Assembly (NCBI GenBank): GCA_965198235.1
Contig: OZ240248.1
Coordinates: forward strand, 1,024,001 to 1,088,000
Source of the DNA: Candidatus Poribacteria bacterium
GTDB taxonomy: Bacteria > Poribacteria > WGA-4E > WGA-3G
Length of the DNA stretch: 64,000 bases
Direction of reading: 5' to 3'
Each line of letters begins with the position of its first letter. Position 1 is the stretch's first letter. Below are positions 59,184 to 64,000 of the stretch, piece after piece. The position numbers were made by a program, and so were the translations under genes. The notes beneath the pieces were generated by a model, which saw only the letters and a program-made list of their open reading frames with translations, searched no databases and was not told where the DNA came from.

Positions 59184-60002
59184 ATGAAAAACAGCGAAAC
59201 GGTCAGTCTAACGCCGGCACAACGACTCCACTTCGACATCTACGGCTTTGTGTTATTGGAGAACGTCCTAAACGACGATGAAATTGAGCGTATGAAGGGC
59301 GCGCTCTACAGGATGAAAGCCGATGAGGATCTGGGTGCCAAACGGGTCTATGCCCGGGGAAAAAGCGAACACCATGTACTTTTCGGCAATCTCGTTGCGT
59401 ATGATCCAGCACTATTAGAATATGCCGCGCATCCACAACTCGTGCCGTTGGTTGAGGAAGTAGTGGGAGGTGCAGTGCGTCTTGAGGAAACCGAGGCGAT
59501 CATTAATAGACGTAATCCAGAGATAGAATTGGACGAACTCCACAAACGTCGCTATAACCCGACGGGGTTTCATCGTGGGACGCAACAGGGTTGGGGGACC
59601 TATATGGAACAGAACAAGTTCCACTGCATCTTTGTCAAGACGCTTGCCTACCTCACCGATGTTGGACCTGACGATGGTGGGACGTGCGTTATACCCGGAA
59701 GCCATCGCTTAACGTGGAATCATAACGAAATGATTGAAGCGGCACTCACTGATGACAAACTCATCTACCAAGTCGAAGCATCAGCTGGCTCCGTACTGCT
59801 TTTTGCCGAAGCGTTGATCCACAGTACGACTGCCATCCGTAGCGACAAGGAGCGTGTCATCCTCATCTCTGGGTACACACCGCCGATGGTGCGCGAATGG
59901 CCCGGCAACGAAGTCAGTCCCGAATTTATTGAAACATTGCCGGAGGACATCCGTCCCCTCATTTCAGGAAGCGACAGTTGGCATTGGAGACGGCGATATT
60001 GA
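59184..60002 (+). CDS. PhyH family dioxygenase (start likely 59184)
   Basis: FDIYGFV.L, YLTDVGPDDGGT.VIPGSH, AGSVLLF.EALIH. Confidence 0.85.
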   Translation: MKNSETVSLTPAQRLHFDIYGFVLLENVLNDDEIERMKGALYRMKADEDLGAKRVYARGKSEHHVLFGNLVAYDPALLEYAAHPQLVPLVEEVVGGAVRLEETEAIINRRNPEIELDELHKRRYNPTGFHRGTQQGWGTYMEQNKFHCIFVKTLAYLTDVGPDDGGTCVIPGSHRLTWNHNEMIEAALTDDKLIYQVEASAGSVLLFAEALIHSTTAIRSDKERVILISGYTPPMVREWPGNEVSPEFIETLPEDIRPLISGSDSWHWRRRY

Positions 60003-60050
60003 TTTACCGTTTTTCTGGTAGGCGCGCTTCCGAGCGCGTTCCCGCTTCTA

Positions 60051-60773
60051 TCATTGACGTTTGAGTTTTCCCCATGTAATAGCGAGTTTGCCGCTTGGTT
60101 CTACAGGGAGAGTTCCGGGACCGCCGTTCGGAACATTATTTCCCGTAATTTCAATATCATCAAACCGGGCTTGTGCACCTGAGACTTTGAGCCCAGGCTT
60201 TCCACTCTTTATCCGGTTTTGGTCAGTGACAGTGAACACTTCGTCGTCAATTTGAAATTTAAGTCTCCCTCTACTGTCAATAGCGGCAGTGAGGGTGTAC
60301 CATGTATCGAGTTTTGCTGCGAAATCGAACTCGCCCAATGTATCTGCACCGTCTCGGGTCACCTTTGTAATATGGACTATCTCCCACGGGTGCAAAATTT
60401 GACAAGCATAGAAGGAGAGTCTCTCCCACTGCTGATGGAGTACGATTCCTAAGATAGCAGGTTCTTCTTTGGCTTCAACCAATTTGGCTTTGCATGAGAG
60501 TGAATAGTTTCTCCAAGTAAGTTCACCTGTTGCCCATATACTGGGAATAGAATGCCCATGCGCTTCAAGTTCAAACGTTTCGCACACTGCCTCACCCCCA
60601 TCAATCTACCATTTCGCACTTTCGTTGAAAGTGTTAAAGAGTTCCCATTCTTGCGTGCTGTCGTCTTCAAAGGCGTCTGTCCATGTGCCAGCAAAACTCT
60701 GTTGATTAAAGACCATCGCACACAGCACAACATGGAAAAGGCACAGAAAACCTCTGAATTTCTTGAATCTCAT
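60051..60773 (-). pseudogene. Secreted DUF1080-like beta-sandwich protein with in-frame TAG at 60606-60608
   Basis: MRFKKFRGFLCLF...AGTWTDAFED...AKW*IDGGEAVCET continues in frame into ORF 60051-60587; tail PVEPSGKLAITWGKLK. Confidence 0.8.
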
Positions 60774-60825
60774 TGTTTCTTCCTTTCCAATCGTTATAAG
60801 TGGTGTTGATGTGGTGACACTCCGT

Positions 60826-62337
60826 TTATGCTCCCGAAGTCCTCGGCATCCACAACGGTTCCTTCCCCATCTCCGCGAACAGCAGTTTCATCACCAGATC
60901 TGCCTTTAACTCAGCATGTTCAGCGGAATTCCACAGGTTATTAACTTCTCCGGGATCTTCTTGCAGATCGAATAACTCGCCATAGTCTCGGTTATAGTAG
61001 ACGGTGAGTTTATAACGATCCTCAACATAGGTTTTGACGTGTACCGTTGTCGGCTCATGATGGTTTTCGACGATAATATGATCGCGAGCCTCATCTTCTT
61101 GTCCTGACCAGACCGGTACCTGATTTACACCCGTCATCGGTCTGGGAATGTCAATACCAACGGCACTGAGAAATGAAGGTGCTAAATCTACCAACGTCTG
61201 CAACGCCTCCGATTGTCTCCCCGCAGGCACAACGCCCGGATACCGCACAATAAACGGCACCCGAATGACATCCTCGTAGTGGAATGCCCCTTTTGCGACA
61301 AGTCCGTGCTGTCCGTAAAAGTGTCCGTGGTCGGACGTGAAGACAACCAATGTGTTCTCTGCGAGCCCTAATTCATCAAGTTTCGCCAAGATATTCCCGA
61401 TATACTTGTCCATCAAACTCACCATCCCATAATAGACGGCGATGTCTTTGGCGAGTTCATCCCGATCCCGTAAATGCGAGTTAAAGCCGTGTACACCCTT
61501 TCCACTTTCGCGCCAAGCAGAGAAGTCGGGCTTTTGCTGTTGCGTTAGCTGAAAATGCGGTGGGTTGTTATCATGTTCTCCCTCGGTTACGGAAGGCACC
61601 GTCAATGCATCTGGGTCGTACATCGTATCCCATGGCTCTGGCACAAGATATTTTGGATGTGGATCGAAGAAACTCGCCCAGAGAAAAAAGTTTTCGTTAT
61701 TCTGCTGATACGCTTCCATGAGTGCATTGGTCCGTTCAGCAATCCATGTATCGTAATGGTATTCTTCTGGGATGTGCCATTTGCGGTATTGACCGCGGGC
61801 ATTCCCGGTCGGTGGTGCGAAGTAGTCGCGCCAATTTGTGCAGCCATTTTCCTCCATCCAGATAGCATAGTGTTGTCCGACATGTGCTTCATCGGCGTGG
61901 TTACGCGCCAATTCAACGTGTTCAAACCCGTAAAACGGTTCATTGAAACTGCGCCAAAAGTCCAAATCTTGAAGAATCGGATAGGATTCGAGAGACGGAA
62001 ATTCATCAGTTCCGTGGAGCGGTTGAAAATGCGCTTTTCCGACAAGAGCAGTACGGTAACCCGCATCCGTGAAGTCTTCACCGACGGTATGCTCTGCTTC
62101 AGAGAGTTTTGTGCCAAGCGACCATGCACCGTGTTGACTCGGATATTTACCAGTAATAATAGATGCACGCGTCGGTGTGCAGGTGGGGTTCGGGCAGTAG
62201 GCTCTGTTAAAGAGTGTGCCTTGCTGTGCCAATGTATCTAAGTGAGGAGTCTGAATTTCAGGGTTGAGGCATCCCAAGGTATTCCAATGCTGCTGGTCGC
62301 TGGTGATCAGTAGGATATTAGGTCTGGTTTCAGGCAT
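60826..62337 (-). CDS. Sulfatase (formylglycine-dependent, Cys type)
   Basis: PNILLITSDQ, CTPTRASIITG, GKAH, TSDHG, ELFDL..DP.E..NL. Confidence 0.95.
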   Translation of the reverse strand: MPETRPNILLITSDQQHWNTLGCLNPEIQTPHLDTLAQQGTLFNRAYCPNPTCTPTRASIITGKYPSQHGAWSLGTKLSEAEHTVGEDFTDAGYRTALVGKAHFQPLHGTDEFPSLESYPILQDLDFWRSFNEPFYGFEHVELARNHADEAHVGQHYAIWMEENGCTNWRDYFAPPTGNARGQYRKWHIPEEYHYDTWIAERTNALMEAYQQNNENFFLWASFFDPHPKYLVPEPWDTMYDPDALTVPSVTEGEHDNNPPHFQLTQQQKPDFSAWRESGKGVHGFNSHLRDRDELAKDIAVYYGMVSLMDKYIGNILAKLDELGLAENTLVVFTSDHGHFYGQHGLVAKGAFHYEDVIRVPFIVRYPGVVPAGRQSEALQTLVDLAPSFLSAVGIDIPRPMTGVNQVPVWSGQEDEARDHIIVENHHEPTTVHVKTYVEDRYKLTVYYNRDYGELFDLQEDPGEVNNLWNSAEHAELKADLVMKLLFAEMGKEPLWMPRTSGA

Positions 62338-62440
62338 ACTGTTTCCTTTGTGTTATATTTATTGTTGAAATCAGCATAGCATCTTGCAAGGAATAATTCA
62401 AGAAGAATGCTGTAGGAGCGAACTCCTCGTCGAAATTCGG

Positions 62441-62469
62441 TTGACATGCCTTGCGAAACGTGTTATTCT
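62441..62469 (+). promoter_or_regulatory. Sigma70 promoter of the FRG gene
   Basis: TTGACA-17 nt-TATTCT with extended -10 TG. Confidence 0.6.
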
Positions 62470-62502
62470 TTTAGACAGCATCGTGATTGTAAAGGAAACT
62501 GG

Positions 62503-63165
62503 ATGGACAGAGAAAACCAAAACGAGCCAAGTACAGTAGTTGACCACATACTCCGGAAAATAGAAGAAAAAGCGGACACTGGGGAATACATCTACCGCGG
62601 AGAATCAAAACACTTTGAGACAGTTTCCTCAAATCTTTATCGTGTCTTCCTTGAACACAAAGACTTTGATGTTGAAGCAGAACAATTGGATATAGAGGTG
62701 GTCCAGAAAGGGATGCTGGAGGAGGCGAAAAAATATCTCCGCAGAACAGGCAGCGATTGCGAACTCCTCGTCGAAATGCAACACTACGGAGGAAAAACCA
62801 ACCTCATCGACTTCACGATAGATTGTTTCGTCGCGCTTTTCTTTGCATGTGAGCAATTCGCTAGTGAAAATGGCAGGATTATTTGTCAAAGAAAGGAACT
62901 GCTAAGTCCATCCATCAAGGAACCGCCCGAACCAATAAACCGTGTCGTCTCCCAGAAAAGCATATTTGTTCGGCCATCCAAGGGCTTTATCGATCCTAGC
63001 GAGGACGATGTAATCAATATTCCGGCAAACATCAAAGTGCCCATGCTAGAACACCTACGAACGGCTCATGATATATCTACTGAAACCATCTACAACGACA
63101 TCCATGGTTTTATTAGATATCAGAATGACCATCTGGAAGCCTATGTAGCGTTTTATCGGTCTTAA
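62503..63165 (+). CDS. FRG domain protein
   Basis: YIYRGE, MQHYGGKTNLIDFT, VALFFAC, NRVVSQKSIF. Confidence 0.88.
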   Translation: MDRENQNEPSTVVDHILRKIEEKADTGEYIYRGESKHFETVSSNLYRVFLEHKDFDVEAEQLDIEVVQKGMLEEAKKYLRRTGSDCELLVEMQHYGGKTNLIDFTIDCFVALFFACEQFASENGRIICQRKELLSPSIKEPPEPINRVVSQKSIFVRPSKGFIDPSEDDVINIPANIKVPMLEHLRTAHDISTETIYNDIHGFIRYQNDHLEAYVAFYRS

Positions 63166-63187
63166 CCGCATAATAAGGAGACACGGA

Positions 63188-64000
63188 ATGGCTACCCAAA
63201 CGCAACAGGCGCGTTATGAGCACGCCATCAAACATCTTAATAGGGCCATTGAACTGAAAGTGGATTTCGTCGCTGCCTATATCCGCCGTGGCAATTTTCA
63301 CCGTGACGTGAACAAGTTTGATCTCGCAATTGAGGACTATAACACCGCAATCAGGCTGACTGGATCGCCTGCTGAGGCATACTACAATCGCGGGGTCGCT
63401 TACGGTATGAAAGGTGAGGTTGACAAAGCAATTAATGACTTCACCCAAGCGATACAATACGAACCAGATTATACCGAAGCCTATTACTGCCGCGGCAACG
63501 CTTACAGCAGCAAATACAAGTTTGATCTCGCTATAAAAGATTGTGACAAGGCGATACAACTCAACCCGGATGCTGCCAATGCCTATCTCATTCGAGGCAA
63601 TATCTACGGTAACAGAGGTGAGTTTAACCGTGCCATTGCAGACTTTACTAAAGCGATAGAATTGGATCCCGATGCTGCTAATGTCTATACCATCCGCGCG
63701 AAAGCCTACAAAGCCAAAGGTGATATTGTCAGGGCTATTGCAGACTATAGCAAGGTGATAGAATTAGATTCGGACCATGTCGAAGCATATCACAATCGTG
63801 GCAATGCTTATTTCATTAAGCGGGAGTTCGAGCGTGCCATCGTAGACCATACAGAGGCAATACGGCTCAATCCTTATGATGCGGAAGTTCATTTTACTCG
63901 TGGCAAAGTCTACGCCTTCAAAGGGGATTCTGATTTGGCAATTGCTGACTGCAAACGAGCGATAGAGCTCGATGCAGATGCTGCCAATGCCTATGTCGTC
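63188..64000 (+). CDS. TPR-repeat protein, runs off the right edge; possibly the frameshifted C-terminus of the FRG gene
   Basis: Manual translation MATQTQQARYEHAIKHLNRAIELKVDFVAAY...AYYNRGVAY...AYHNRGNAY; AAGGAG 7 nt before ATG 63188. Confidence 0.85.
   Translation, partial: MATQTQQARYEHAIKHLNRAIELKVDFVAAYIRRGNFHRDVNKFDLAIEDYNTAIRLTGSPAEAYYNRGVAYGMKGEVDKAINDFTQAIQYEPDYTEAYYCRGNAYSSKYKFDLAIKDCDKAIQLNPDAANAYLIRGNIYGNRGEFNRAIADFTKAIELDPDAANVYTIRAKAYKAKGDIVRAIADYSKVIELDSDHVEAYHNRGNAYFIKREFERAIVDHTEAIRLNPYDAEVHFTRGKVYAFKGDSDLAIADCKRAIELDADAANAYVV

Noticed and set aside
41341-60608. TAG recoding or readthrough to explain two in-frame ambers
   Set aside because: TAG is the normal stop of many intact genes here (e.g. 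7736, 15596, 20357, 22872); single TGG-to-TAG transitions are simpler.

Overview
Bacterial chromosomal window. Its gene repertoire (WD40, YWTD/LDL-receptor, TPR and LamG proteins, PhyH dioxygenases, a sulfatase, ECF-sigma fusions, a shared C-terminal 'AVxPxxKxxxxWxxxK' tail) suggests Candidatus Poribacteria; that assignment is inference. Housekeeping content includes a serine hydrolase-namZ-anmK cell-wall recycling cluster, pgi, an NtrY/NtrX-like two-component system with a GspG-like pilin and pilD, Rieske/cytochrome b, transketolase and ppk2. The most unusual features are: (1) a 453-bp ORF-less IS200/IS605-type element resembling an IscB omegaRNA/HEARO RNA, inserted exactly between the RBS and the ATG(A) of a LamG gene; (2) a putative two-gene defence module (HNH-TPR-TaqI-type specificity-domain fusion plus an ABC-ATPase-HEPN protein) with a perfect 31-bp duplication over its stop/start junction; (3) an MNT-HEPN cassette bracketed by a duplicated 3' end of its host gene; (4) several nested families of small palindromic repeats, one inserted in-frame in namZ. 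There are also two IS elements and many pseudogenes. All calls come from reading motifs by eye; no database searches were run.
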